A stretch of DNA of 64,000 nucleotides from Eggerthellaceae bacterium (GTDB lineage: Bacteria > Actinomycetota > Coriobacteriia > Coriobacteriales > Eggerthellaceae), in contig JAFRGA010000081.1 in assembly GCA_017434045.1 (NCBI GenBank), positions 1,813 to 65,812 of the forward strand. Direction: 5' to 3'. The position numbers and the translations under genes were made by a program. Below the pieces are notes generated by a model, which was not told the DNA's origin, made no database searches, and saw nothing but the letters and a program-made list of their open reading frames with translations. Of the stretch, positions 36,899-45,934 are shown piece after piece; positions within the stretch are counted from its first letter, which is position 1; the number at the start of each line of letters is the position of its first letter.

Positions 36899-38056
36899 TT
36901 AATCAGACAACGACTTATGCAGCCTCTCGAGCGGGGTGGGTCCGTCTTCGGGAAGCTGCTCGCGGCGGCTGATGTCGGATTCCACGATGCGGAAGATGGT
37001 GGCGGTGAGGGGCACGCCGACGAAGGCGCCAACGAAGCCGAACAGCGCGACGCCCAGCGTGACGCCGATGAGCGGCCACAAGCCGTTAAGGCCCACGTGC
37101 TTGCCGACGACACGCGGGTAGATGAAGTTCGCCTCGATCTGCTGCACGGCGAAGAACAAGATCAGGAAGACGATAGCTTGCTGCCATGAGGTCGCCAAAA
37201 TGATGATGGCGCCGAGAATGGCGCCGATGAGCGCGCCGATCATGGGGATGAGCGACATGACGGCGATGAGCGCACCCAGCATCAGCGCGCTGGGCATGCC
37301 GGCTATCGTGCAGGCGACAGTAACGAGGCTGCCGAAGATGACAGCCTCGAGCGCTGCGCCCACGAAGTACCCGCGGAAGCACTCGTCGGCGACCTTGGTT
37401 GCGCGCGAGAAGTTCTCGTCGGCGGATTTGCTGATGTAGGACCTGATCAGGAAATGGACTCCCTCCGAGAGCTTGTCTTTCTCGCCCAGGAACCAGAACG
37501 CGAGGATGATGCCCATGAACCAGGCGCCAATTGCGCCGACGAGGGATACGATCTGCGGCAGCGATTGCACGACGCCTGACTGCAGCCAGCCTGCGACGTC
37601 GTTCACGACCTGCTTCCAGTCGATGGATTTCAGCTGGCCGAGGAGCTGGGCGGGGATGAACGAGGCGATGACCTCGTTGCTCGTGACCGAATCGACGAAT
37701 CTCGGGGCTTCCTGCGCCAGCGTGATGATTGCCTCGACGAGGTGCGGGATCACCAGGATTCCCACGAACAGCAAGACGGCTACGGCGCATATGACGGACA
37801 GCGCGAGCGACAGCGCGCGATTGCGGGTGCCGTCGCCCGTGGGGCCGGGCAGCTTCCGCTCGAAGAAACGCAGGGGGATGTTGATGATGTAAGCGATGAC
37901 GAGCCCGGCGAAGATGGCGAGCATGCCGCCGAGCAGCAGGCCCACGAAGCCCTCGACCGCGCCCCAGTAATGGATGACCAGGAACACCACCAGCACGCTG
38001 ATTGCCAGCTTCATGCAAGTTTTCCAGCTTAGGTTGAAGTCGTGCTTGTCTCCCAT
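36899..38056 (-). CDS. AI-2E family transporter (PerM/UPF0118)
   Basis: It has about 8 TM segments and a typical C-terminal region (NFIYPRVVGKHVGLNGLWPLIGV). The start at ATG 38056 follows GAGAGAGG. Confidence 0.85.
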   Translation of the reverse strand: MGDKHDFNLSWKTCMKLAISVLVVFLVIHYWGAVEGFVGLLLGGMLAIFAGLVIAYIINIPLRFFERKLPGPTGDGTRNRALSLALSVICAVAVLLFVGILVIPHLVEAIITLAQEAPRFVDSVTSNEVIASFIPAQLLGQLKSIDWKQVVNDVAGWLQSGVVQSLPQIVSLVGAIGAWFMGIILAFWFLGEKDKLSEGVHFLIRSYISKSADENFSRATKVADECFRGYFVGAALEAVIFGSLVTVACTIAGMPSALMLGALIAVMSLIPMIGALIGAILGAIIILATSWQQAIVFLILFFAVQQIEANFIYPRVVGKHVGLNGLWPLIGVTLGVALFGFVGAFVGVPLTATIFRIVESDISRREQLPEDGPTPLERLHKSLSD

Positions 38057-38358
38057 GGGGCCTCTCTCGTTGTGGTCGGCACTCATTATATGGCTTAATG
38101 GCGGGCCAAGCTTGCAAGAACACGGATCCCAGCGTTTTGCGCAACCCAGAACCACTGGCTGGAAAACATGACATCGGGCGATTCAGGGCGTTCTTGGAGT
38201 CGATCGAAGGGGACTGTCCCCTTCGATTCGATTTAGGCGCACGCCCATGACAAACCACCGATGCTCCACCGTCATGCAGCCCGCGTATCCGCCAGGACAG
38301 CAGCCAGCGGTATTGCGTAAAATAGGTCGGAGCATGAAAACCGATCAAAGGAACCCAC

Positions 38359-39378
38359 ATGATGAAGGTCCCTTCATACCCCGATTCTTTCGAGGTGCTC
38401 TGCTTGCAGGCGGCCGACGACGGGCGCGGAGACGTGCTCTTCGGCGAGAGTCTCGCCCGCGCGCGCAAGGTGGCGCGGCCTTTCATGATCGGCGAGGAGT
38501 TTCCCAGCGTTTACCTGGAGTTCCCGCTCATAGGCAAGCCGTTTCTCGACGTTACATTGCTCTACGGAAAGCTGAAGCCCGGCATGCGCGTCGAGTCGGA
38601 GGCGGCCGAGGGCACCGGGGAGATGATCGATTGGTTTGCGGGCGCTTGCTCGGATATCGGCGGCATTTGCTGCGGGTTCGAGCTCGACGTGAAGGACCCG
38701 GCGCTCCCTCGCGCGGCTGTCCATTTCCAACCGCGCGGAAGGCTGGAGCTGGTGGAGCCGTTCTGTGCGGCAATCGGCGAGCCGGAGCGCGCCAAGCTTT
38801 ACCTCGACATGGCGGCACGCATGCCGGATGAATGGCAGCTGTCGTTTTTCGGCCTGTTCAGAGGGCGGCCAGGATCGCCCTTGCGCGTCTGCGGCTACCT
38901 CGGAGAAGTGAAGCAAGCATGCGTGGAAGATCCGGCCTACCTCGCCGGCGTGTTCGACCAGATCGGTTTCAAGGCTTACGACGACGTGATGCTTGCGCAA
39001 GTGCGGGAAATCATGGCAACTGCCTCCGGCGCAATCGATTTCCAGTTCGACGTGTATGACGACGGGCATCTCGGCGACACGTTCGCCCTCGACATCCAGT
39101 TCGGCATCGAGCAGCCCGCCGCCGTGTTCGCGTCCTTCACGGACGGCCCCGCCGCGCGAGCGATGGGAAAGCTTGAGGAGCTGGGTGCGGCCGACGGACG
39201 CTGGAAGCTCGGCGGAGACGCTGCGTTCGCACGCTCGATGAATGTGGAGCTCGAGGACGGGAGCACAGGCCGCTATGCGTTCACGCTCATGCCCCAGTGG
39301 GTGAAGGCGCGCTGGACCGCAGGAGCCCTGCAGCCCTCGAAGCTCTATCATTTCGCCAACGCCTGCCTGTTAGAATAA
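38359..39378 (+). CDS. hypothetical 339-aa protein, first gene of the RiPP operon; five evenly spaced strand-turn-strand segments (possible ABBA/PT-barrel-like fold)
   Basis: The ATG follows AAAGGA. No catalytic motif was recognised. Repeated beta-hairpin-like segments are listed in the findings. Confidence 0.65.
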   Translation: MMKVPSYPDSFEVLCLQAADDGRGDVLFGESLARARKVARPFMIGEEFPSVYLEFPLIGKPFLDVTLLYGKLKPGMRVESEAAEGTGEMIDWFAGACSDIGGICCGFELDVKDPALPRAAVHFQPRGRLELVEPFCAAIGEPERAKLYLDMAARMPDEWQLSFFGLFRGRPGSPLRVCGYLGEVKQACVEDPAYLAGVFDQIGFKAYDDVMLAQVREIMATASGAIDFQFDVYDDGHLGDTFALDIQFGIEQPAAVFASFTDGPAARAMGKLEELGAADGRWKLGGDAAFARSMNVELEDGSTGRYAFTLMPQWVKARWTAGALQPSKLYHFANACLLE

Positions 39379-39380
39379 TT

Positions 39381-39440
39381 GCAACAACAGCAACAACCGC
39401 AGCAGCTGCAACAACCGCAGCAGCTGCAACAACCGCAACT
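39381..39440. repeat. 18-bp tandem repeat, ~3.3 units (two perfect copies of GCAGCAGCTGCAACAACC at 39399-39416 and 39417-39434)
   Basis: Read directly. It lies between the stop of the 339-aa gene and the rSAM start. Confidence 0.9.
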
Positions 39441-39499
39441 CGAGAGGCAATTCATGCGAACGCGGCCCCGTGGCGATGACCAAACGAAAGGGACAGAAG

Positions 39500-40894
39500 A
39501 TGACTGCAGAAGAGAGCAAGACGACTGAGCGGGCTGAATCCAGAACCGCCGGCGAGGCGGGCTGGCATGTCTCGCGCTACAACCTCTGCGCGAAGGTGCC
39601 CGACACGAAGATGGTCGCAATCGCCAACCTGTTCAAGGGCAACTGCGCCGAGTACACCCCCATCGAAATGTACCTGCTGAGCGTGCTGGAAGAGCTCGAC
39701 GAGAACCATCCCGTCATCGAGCGCTTCGCCAAGCGAGGCATCATCTGCAAATTCGACGAGCTGGCGGCCCTCGACACGATAGGCCGGGCCGGCTGCGGGG
39801 TTGCAGGCGGAGTCGGCCTCACCATCTGCCCGACGATGGGCTGCAATTTCGATTGCCCCTACTGCTTCGAAGACCATGGCCGCGGGAAGATGAGCCCCGA
39901 GGTGCAGGACGATATCGTGGCGCTCGCCGAGCGCATGCTCGAGACAAGCGGATCCAAGAACCTGTCCGTGACATGGTTCGGCGGCGAGCCGCTACTTGCG
40001 CCTAACGTCATCGACTCGCTTTCAAAGAGGCTTATGGCCCTTGTCGAAGAACGCGGCGGGGAGTATTCGGCGGGCATTATCACGAACGGGTACTTGTTCA
40101 CTCAAGAGATCGTCGACATGCTGGAACGCAACAAAGTCAACAGCTGCCAAGTGACTATCGACGGGCTCGGCGCCACTCACGACGCAACGCGCCGGCTCGC
40201 CAACGGCGGGCCCACTTTCGAGCGCATCACGGGCAACCTGCGCAATCTCAAGCTTCCGTTCAACGTGCACATCCGCCATAACGTGCATGAGGGGAATATG
40301 GCCGAGATAGACGAGCTCAAGGCATTCATCGAGAAGCTGGCGGAAGAATCGGGCAACGACCTCATGTACTACCCTGCACCGGTAACCGGCAGCCAGACCG
40401 CCGACGAGCGCGGCGAGCAGGTCGGGCTTCTGTGCGGCGCGGATGCGAGCGATGTGGGGATACGTCAAGAGGCAAGGCGGTTCCATGTCGGCCGCGGCAC
40501 CTATTGCGGGGCGCATCACCTCTGGGCCGTTGGCATAGATGACCAGGGGCGGCTCCAGAAATGCTGGGAAGCCGTCGACAAGCCGGACATCTCCTTCGGC
40601 ACCGCGCACGATTGGGACCCCAAGAACCCCCTCGAGACCGCGTCGAACCCCGACAACCTCACCATGTACCTGAACACGGCCTCGCCCGTGCCCGACGAGG
40701 AATGCCGTGAGTGCATATGGCTGCCCATGTGCGTGGGCGGCTGCCCCCATAAGCGCCTGTTCGGGGGGAGGCAATGCGTTGCGTTCAAGGACGAGCCCGA
40801 GAAGTACGTGCTTGCGCTGCATGCCCGCATCGGCGAGGACAAGGAGTCCGAAGAGCCCGAGGAGCCTGAGGGGTCCGAAGGGTCCGAGGCGTAG
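39500..40894 (+). CDS. radical SAM/SPASM-domain peptide maturase
   Basis: It has the SAM cluster motif CNFDCPYC and the C-terminal SPASM Cys motif CRECIWLPMCVGGCPHKR, plus additional Cys (YCGAHH, KCWE). The ATG at 39500 lies 6 nt after GAAAGGGA. Alternative starts are at 39470 and 39476. Confidence 0.88.
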   Translation: MTAEESKTTERAESRTAGEAGWHVSRYNLCAKVPDTKMVAIANLFKGNCAEYTPIEMYLLSVLEELDENHPVIERFAKRGIICKFDELAALDTIGRAGCGVAGGVGLTICPTMGCNFDCPYCFEDHGRGKMSPEVQDDIVALAERMLETSGSKNLSVTWFGGEPLLAPNVIDSLSKRLMALVEERGGEYSAGIITNGYLFTQEIVDMLERNKVNSCQVTIDGLGATHDATRRLANGGPTFERITGNLRNLKLPFNVHIRHNVHEGNMAEIDELKAFIEKLAEESGNDLMYYPAPVTGSQTADERGEQVGLLCGADASDVGIRQEARRFHVGRGTYCGAHHLWAVGIDDQGRLQKCWEAVDKPDISFGTAHDWDPKNPLETASNPDNLTMYLNTASPVPDEECRECIWLPMCVGGCPHKRLFGGRQCVAFKDEPEKYVLALHARIGEDKESEEPEEPEGSEGSEA

Positions 40895-41058
40895 CTGCCC
40901 CTTCGTTCGAGAGCGGCTTTTGCCAGAAATTTCCCCTTCCTGCAATTTGAGCGGAAGATGCTCGAAGTCATGCCTGTTCGTTGTATGATGGCAGGTAGCG
41001 TGCGAACAGGCAATTTGCGTGCACTCGCGGATACGCGAGGATTTCGAGAGGAACAACG

Positions 41059-41568
41059 ATGGCAGACGCCTCTAGCTCGATATTCAACAAGAAGGCCACG
41101 GAGAAGCTACGCAGCCCCGATGACCTCGACAAGTACGTACGCGTGACAAACCCAAGCGTGTGGGTGGTGCTCGCCGCATGCCTTTGCCTGATCTTCGCCC
41201 TGCTTGCTTGGGGCTTCTTCGGGGCCGTGACCACCAACGTCGCGAAAACCGGCGTGGCGATTGACGGGAAGGTGATGTGCTTCTTGTCGTCCGACGAAAT
41301 CGCCGGGGTCGACCCGGGCGATATCGGCAATGTGAGCGGGGAGCGCATGCATGTCGCAGAAGTCTCCGCCGTCCCGGTTTCACCTGGTGAAGCGAAAAAG
41401 ATCTTGAAGGACGACTACCTGGTGAGCGCGCTTGTGAGCGGCGATTGGGCGTATGTCGTCACGTTCGAGGGCGACACGTCGGAGCTTTCCGAGGGCGTCC
41501 CGCTCAAAGTCAACATCACGACGAGCCGCGTATCGCCCATTTCGCTGATACTGAGGAACTGGGGCTAG
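41059..41568 (+). CDS. NHLM-type bacteriocin system secretion protein (short HlyD-like, single TM)
   Basis: The N-terminus (FNKKATEKLRSPDDLDKYVRVTNPSVWVVLAACLCLIFALLAWGFFG) matches the conserved start of this family. The gene sits immediately upstream of the paired ABC exporters. Confidence 0.72.
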   Translation: MADASSSIFNKKATEKLRSPDDLDKYVRVTNPSVWVVLAACLCLIFALLAWGFFGAVTTNVAKTGVAIDGKVMCFLSSDEIAGVDPGDIGNVSGERMHVAEVSAVPVSPGEAKKILKDDYLVSALVSGDWAYVVTFEGDTSELSEGVPLKVNITTSRVSPISLILRNWG

Positions 41569-41571
41569 TGG

Positions 41572-43731
41572 ATGGGCAAGGTCGCTAAGGTCCCACAAGT
41601 CATGCAGATGGAGGCGCTCGAATGCGGCGCCGCCTGCCTGACGATGATCCTGGCTTACTACGGGCGGTGGGTGCCGCTCGAGAAGGTGCGGGCCGACTGC
41701 GGTGTGTCGCGCGATGGCTCGAAGGCGTCCAACGTGCTCAAGGCCGCGCGCAGCTACGGGCTGGCCGCCAAGGGCATGACGTATTCCGCCTCGGCCATAC
41801 GCAGGAAGGGCAAGTTCCCCTGCATCATTTTCTGGAACTTCAACCACTTCGTGGTGCTCGCCGGGTTCAAGGGCAAAAACGCCGTGATCAACGATCCCGC
41901 CCGCGGCGAGATCAAAGTGCCCATGAAGGAGTTCGAGGAAAGCTTCACGGGCGTCGCCCTCACGTTCGAGAAGACCGACGCCTTCGAAGAGGGCGGAACC
42001 AAGCCCAGCACGATAAAGTATGCGAAGAAGCGCCTCGAAGGGTTGGGGGCGGCTATCGCGTTCGTCATGCTGACGGCTGCCATCACCTCGTTCGTGACGG
42101 TGATCGACACCTCGATGGGCCAGGTGTTCCTCGACCAGATTCTCAGCGGCAACAACCGTGACTGGCTTATGCCGCTCTTAGGCCTCATGGTTGTGCTCGC
42201 GTCCATCATCGGGCTCGTCTCGGTGCTCAACGCCGTGTACCTCGTGCGCATCCAGGGCAAGATCGCGGTGGTGAGCTCGTCGCGCTTCATGCGCCACCTG
42301 CTCCACTTGCCGGTGGAGTTCTATTCGCAGCGCATGGTAGGCGACCTGCAGCAGCGCCAATCGGCGAACGAGACCATCGCCTTCGCGCTCGTGGGCCAGC
42401 TCGCGCCAATCCTCATTAACGGGGTCATGCTGATCATCTACCTCGTGATCATGGTGCAGTACAGCTTGCTGCTCACGGTCGTAGGCCTGTTCACGGTGGT
42501 CATAAACGCCCTGCTCGCGCGCTACATCTCGAAGAAGCGCGTGAACATCTCGCGCTCTGCGACGGCAACTGCCGGCAAGCTCTACGCCACCACCGTGAGC
42601 GGCATCGAGATGATCGAGACCATCAAGGCTTCCGGCGCCGAGGTCGGCTACTTCGGACGCTGGGCCGGCTACCAGGCGTCGGTGAACGAGTCCACCGCAC
42701 GCACGACGCTGTTGAACGAGTACCTCGGCGCCGTGCCGGCCGCCCTCACGCAGCTCACCAACGTTATCGTGCTCGTGCTGGGCATCTGGCTGATCGTCGA
42801 GGGCAGGTTCACCCCTGGTGCACTGCTCGTGTTCACGGGCTTCCTCGCTTCGTTCATGATGCCGGTCACGCAGATCATCAACCTGGGGCAGACCGTCCAG
42901 GAGATGCAGACGCAGATGGAGCGCGTGGAAGACGTCATGCGCTACGAGGTGGACGTTCCGGAGGAGCCGGAGGACACGCAGGGCGTGCGGACTTCTGCGG
43001 GGCGCGAGAAACTGTACGGGCAAGTTGACCTGGAAGGCGTGACCTTCGGCTACTCGCCGTTGGAGCCGCCGCTCATCAAGGACTTCAACCTGCACCTGGA
43101 GCCGGGTAGCTGGGTCGCGCTCGTGGGCAGCTCGGGCTGCGGGAAATCCACCATCGCGAAGCTGGTCTCGGGGCTCTACAAGCCTTGGGAAGGCGAGGTC
43201 CGCTTCGACGACACGCCCTTGAGCGAGATACCGCGGCCGATTTTGCGCGGGTCGCTGGCCGTCGTGGACCAGGACATCATCACGTTCGACGACTCGGTTT
43301 CCGACAACGTGAAGCTGTGGGACCGCTCGGTCGAGGACTTCGAAGTCATCCTGGCCTGCCGCGATGCGGAAATCAGCGATATCATCAACGAGCGCGAGGG
43401 CGGTTACTCGAGCCGTATCCTGCCTGGCGGGCGCAACTACTCGGGCGGGCAGCTGCAGCGCCTCGAGATCGCACGCGCGCTTGCGCAGGACCCCACGATC
43501 ATCATTTTGGACGAGGCCACGAGCGCGCTCGACGCGCAGACTGAGGACGCGGTCATTCGCCGCATCCGCGACAGGGGTATCACCTGCATAGTGGTGGCGC
43601 ACCGCCTTTCGACCATCCGCGACTGCGACGAGATCATCGTGCTCGAGGATGGCCAGGTGGTCGAGCGCGGCACGCACGACGAGCTGATTGCCGCCGACGG
43701 CGCTTACGCAGACCTTGTGAGGAACGACTAG
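41572..43731 (+). CDS. bacteriocin export ABC transporter with N-terminal C39 peptidase domain (peptidase/permease/ATPase)
   Basis: It has the C39 catalytic Cys context QMEALECGAACLTMILAYYG, six TM segments, Walker A GSSGCGKST and the signature YSGGQLQR. Confidence 0.92.
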   Translation: MGKVAKVPQVMQMEALECGAACLTMILAYYGRWVPLEKVRADCGVSRDGSKASNVLKAARSYGLAAKGMTYSASAIRRKGKFPCIIFWNFNHFVVLAGFKGKNAVINDPARGEIKVPMKEFEESFTGVALTFEKTDAFEEGGTKPSTIKYAKKRLEGLGAAIAFVMLTAAITSFVTVIDTSMGQVFLDQILSGNNRDWLMPLLGLMVVLASIIGLVSVLNAVYLVRIQGKIAVVSSSRFMRHLLHLPVEFYSQRMVGDLQQRQSANETIAFALVGQLAPILINGVMLIIYLVIMVQYSLLLTVVGLFTVVINALLARYISKKRVNISRSATATAGKLYATTVSGIEMIETIKASGAEVGYFGRWAGYQASVNESTARTTLLNEYLGAVPAALTQLTNVIVLVLGIWLIVEGRFTPGALLVFTGFLASFMMPVTQIINLGQTVQEMQTQMERVEDVMRYEVDVPEEPEDTQGVRTSAGREKLYGQVDLEGVTFGYSPLEPPLIKDFNLHLEPGSWVALVGSSGCGKSTIAKLVSGLYKPWEGEVRFDDTPLSEIPRPILRGSLAVVDQDIITFDDSVSDNVKLWDRSVEDFEVILACRDAEISDIINEREGGYSSRILPGGRNYSGGQLQRLEIARALAQDPTIIILDEATSALDAQTEDAVIRRIRDRGITCIVVAHRLSTIRDCDEIIVLEDGQVVERGTHDELIAADGAYADLVRND

Positions 43732-43732
43732 C

Positions 43733-45916
43733 ATGAGTTGGATGGAATCGCAAATAGACGAGCGCGCGCGGCTAGACTCCGCGATGATCGAGCGTGCGTA
43801 CGCGGAGCTTGCATCCAGCGTCATCAACTCCAACAGCGCTCCGCAGATCGGGTTGGACGACATCGAGCAGAACGACGGCGCCGTGAAGGCCTGCCTGAAG
43901 TTCATCCGGGTGGAGCCCGGGGAGGTGCCCGAGGGCATCACGGACAAGAACGAGCGCATCGACTGGCTCTGCCGGCCCTCGGGGACGATGCACCGTATAG
44001 TTCAGCTCGACGAGGGATGGTACAAGCGCGCGTTCGGCGCCCTGCTCGGCCATCTCGACACCGGCGATGCGGTGGCCCTCTTGCCCCGTGGCATGGGCGG
44101 TTACTACTTCCTGGAGCCGGGAAGCGGTCGGAAGGTGAGGGTGGACGAGAAAGTGGCGTCGCACATAGCCTCCGATGCCGTGTTCTTCTACAAGCCCTTG
44201 CCCGCGCGTCCGCTCAAGGTCCGGGACCTGGCCTTATTCATCCACGGCGCCTTCGAGAAAACCGATTACCTGCTCGTGATCGCGGCGGCGCTCGCCGTCA
44301 CGCTCATCGGGCTGTTCCCCGCGTGGGCGAACGAGATCGCGTTCGGTATCGTGGCGCCCTCCAAGCAGGCCAGCCTCATCGCGCCGATTGGCGCGCTGCT
44401 CGCAGGCGTGGCGATTTCGACCGCCCTCATCAGCGCGTGCCGCAATATCGTGATGGCGCGTGTGTCCATGAAGCTCGACGTCACGTGCGAGGCGGCTGCC
44501 TTTGCGCGCGTCCTCTCGCTTCCCACGTCGGTGTTCAAGCAGTATGCGGCGGGCGATTTGGCCAACCGCGTGGCGAACATCACGCTGCTTTCGCGGACGC
44601 TCACCTCGATCTCGCTGGGGTCGGGGTTGACCTCGCTCTTCTCGCTTGTGTACATCATCCAGATCGGCTGCTATGCGCCGCCTCTGGCGGTTCCCGCATT
44701 TGTGATCATCGCCGTGGAGGCCGCGCTGACCATCGTCGTCACGAACCTCACGGCGCGTTACGCGAAAGCCACGATGGAGGCTTCCGCGAAGCTCTCCGGT
44801 ACGGTCACCGCGCTTCTGAACGGCATCCAGAAGATCAAGCTCGCCGGCGCGGAGGAGCGCGCTTTCGCGAAGTGGGCGCACGGTTATGCGCCGTACGCGC
44901 GCGCCACCTACAACAGGCCTATTATCGTCCGCGCCCTGCCGGCGTTCGTGACGCTCGTAAGCCTGTTCGGTACCATCGTCATCTACTACTTTGCCGGAAC
45001 AGCCCAGATCTCCGTCGCGAACTACATGGCCTTCAACGTCGCGTTCGGCCAGGCGACGGCCGCCATCATGGCGCTTTCCCAAGTTGCAAGCGAAGCGGCC
45101 GAGATCAGGCCCATGATCGAGCTGGCCGCGCCCATCTTGGAAGCCGAGCCCGAGATCGCCGAGGACAAGCCGAGCGTCGAGGACCTGACGGGCTCCATCG
45201 AGGTCACGGGCCTCACGTTCCGCTACAGCGAGAACAGCCCCTACATCGTGAAGGACCTCTCGTTCACCGTGCGTCCTGGCGAGTACGTGGCGCTCGTGGG
45301 CAAGAGCGGTTGCGGCAAGTCCACCATCATGCGCCTACTGCTTGGGTTTGAGCAGCCCGAACGAGGCACCGTGTTCTATGGACAGTATGACGTGAGCAAG
45401 GTTGACCTTCGGTCGCTGCGGCAGCGCATCGGCGTGGTCATGCAGGACGGCAAGCTGTTCATGGGCGACATCGCGTCCAACATCACCATCTCGACGCCGA
45501 CGGCCACCCTCGACGATGCATGGGCAGCTGCCGAGCTGGCAGGCATTGCGGACGACATCCGCAAGATGCCCATGGGCATGCAGACGCTCGTGACGGAAGG
45601 TTCGGGCGGCATCTCCGGCGGGCAGAGGCAGCGTATCATGATTGCCCGCGCCATCTGCGGGAATCGCAAGATCTTGATGTTCGACGAGGCCACGAGCGCG
45701 CTCGACAACAAGACGCAGAAGCATGTGTCCGATTCGCTCGACTCGCTGGATTGCACGCGCGTCGTGGTGGCCCACCGGCTCTCCACCGTGCGCCATTGCG
45801 ACCGCATCCTGGTCGTGGACGGCGGGCGCATCGCCGAGGAAGGCACCTACGACGAGCTCATTGCCATGGATGGCCTGTTCGCCGAGCTCGTTGCTCGCCA
45901 GCGGCTGGATACGTAG
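43733..45916 (+). CDS. partner bacteriocin export ABC transporter permease/ATPase (no peptidase Cys; N-terminal accessory domain)
   Basis: It has Walker A GKSGCGKST and the signature ISGGQRQR. The start is 1 nt after the upstream stop. The N-terminal ~150 aa lack the C39 Cys. Confidence 0.9.
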   Translation: MSWMESQIDERARLDSAMIERAYAELASSVINSNSAPQIGLDDIEQNDGAVKACLKFIRVEPGEVPEGITDKNERIDWLCRPSGTMHRIVQLDEGWYKRAFGALLGHLDTGDAVALLPRGMGGYYFLEPGSGRKVRVDEKVASHIASDAVFFYKPLPARPLKVRDLALFIHGAFEKTDYLLVIAAALAVTLIGLFPAWANEIAFGIVAPSKQASLIAPIGALLAGVAISTALISACRNIVMARVSMKLDVTCEAAAFARVLSLPTSVFKQYAAGDLANRVANITLLSRTLTSISLGSGLTSLFSLVYIIQIGCYAPPLAVPAFVIIAVEAALTIVVTNLTARYAKATMEASAKLSGTVTALLNGIQKIKLAGAEERAFAKWAHGYAPYARATYNRPIIVRALPAFVTLVSLFGTIVIYYFAGTAQISVANYMAFNVAFGQATAAIMALSQVASEAAEIRPMIELAAPILEAEPEIAEDKPSVEDLTGSIEVTGLTFRYSENSPYIVKDLSFTVRPGEYVALVGKSGCGKSTIMRLLLGFEQPERGTVFYGQYDVSKVDLRSLRQRIGVVMQDGKLFMGDIASNITISTPTATLDDAWAAAELAGIADDIRKMPMGMQTLVTEGSGGISGGQRQRIMIARAICGNRKILMFDEATSALDNKTQKHVSDSLDSLDCTRVVVAHRLSTVRHCDRILVVDGGRIAEEGTYDELIAMDGLFAELVARQRLDT

Positions 45917-45934
45917 GGACGTACTTGAGTTTTC

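Noticed and set aside
39297-39479. A plus-strand 60-aa ORF with an Ala/Thr-repeat tail (ATTATTAAAATTAAAATTAT), and the Gln-rich TTG-initiated frame across the 18-bp repeat.
   Set aside because: The first ORF starts inside the 339-aa gene in another frame. Both are low-complexity translations of the tandem repeat, without an RBS.
40958-41146. A 62-aa ORF in the gap between the rSAM gene and the secretion protein gene, considered as a possible second precursor.
   Set aside because: It has no RBS and no leader-like or GG motif. It is Arg-rich and overlaps the well-supported start of the 41059 gene.
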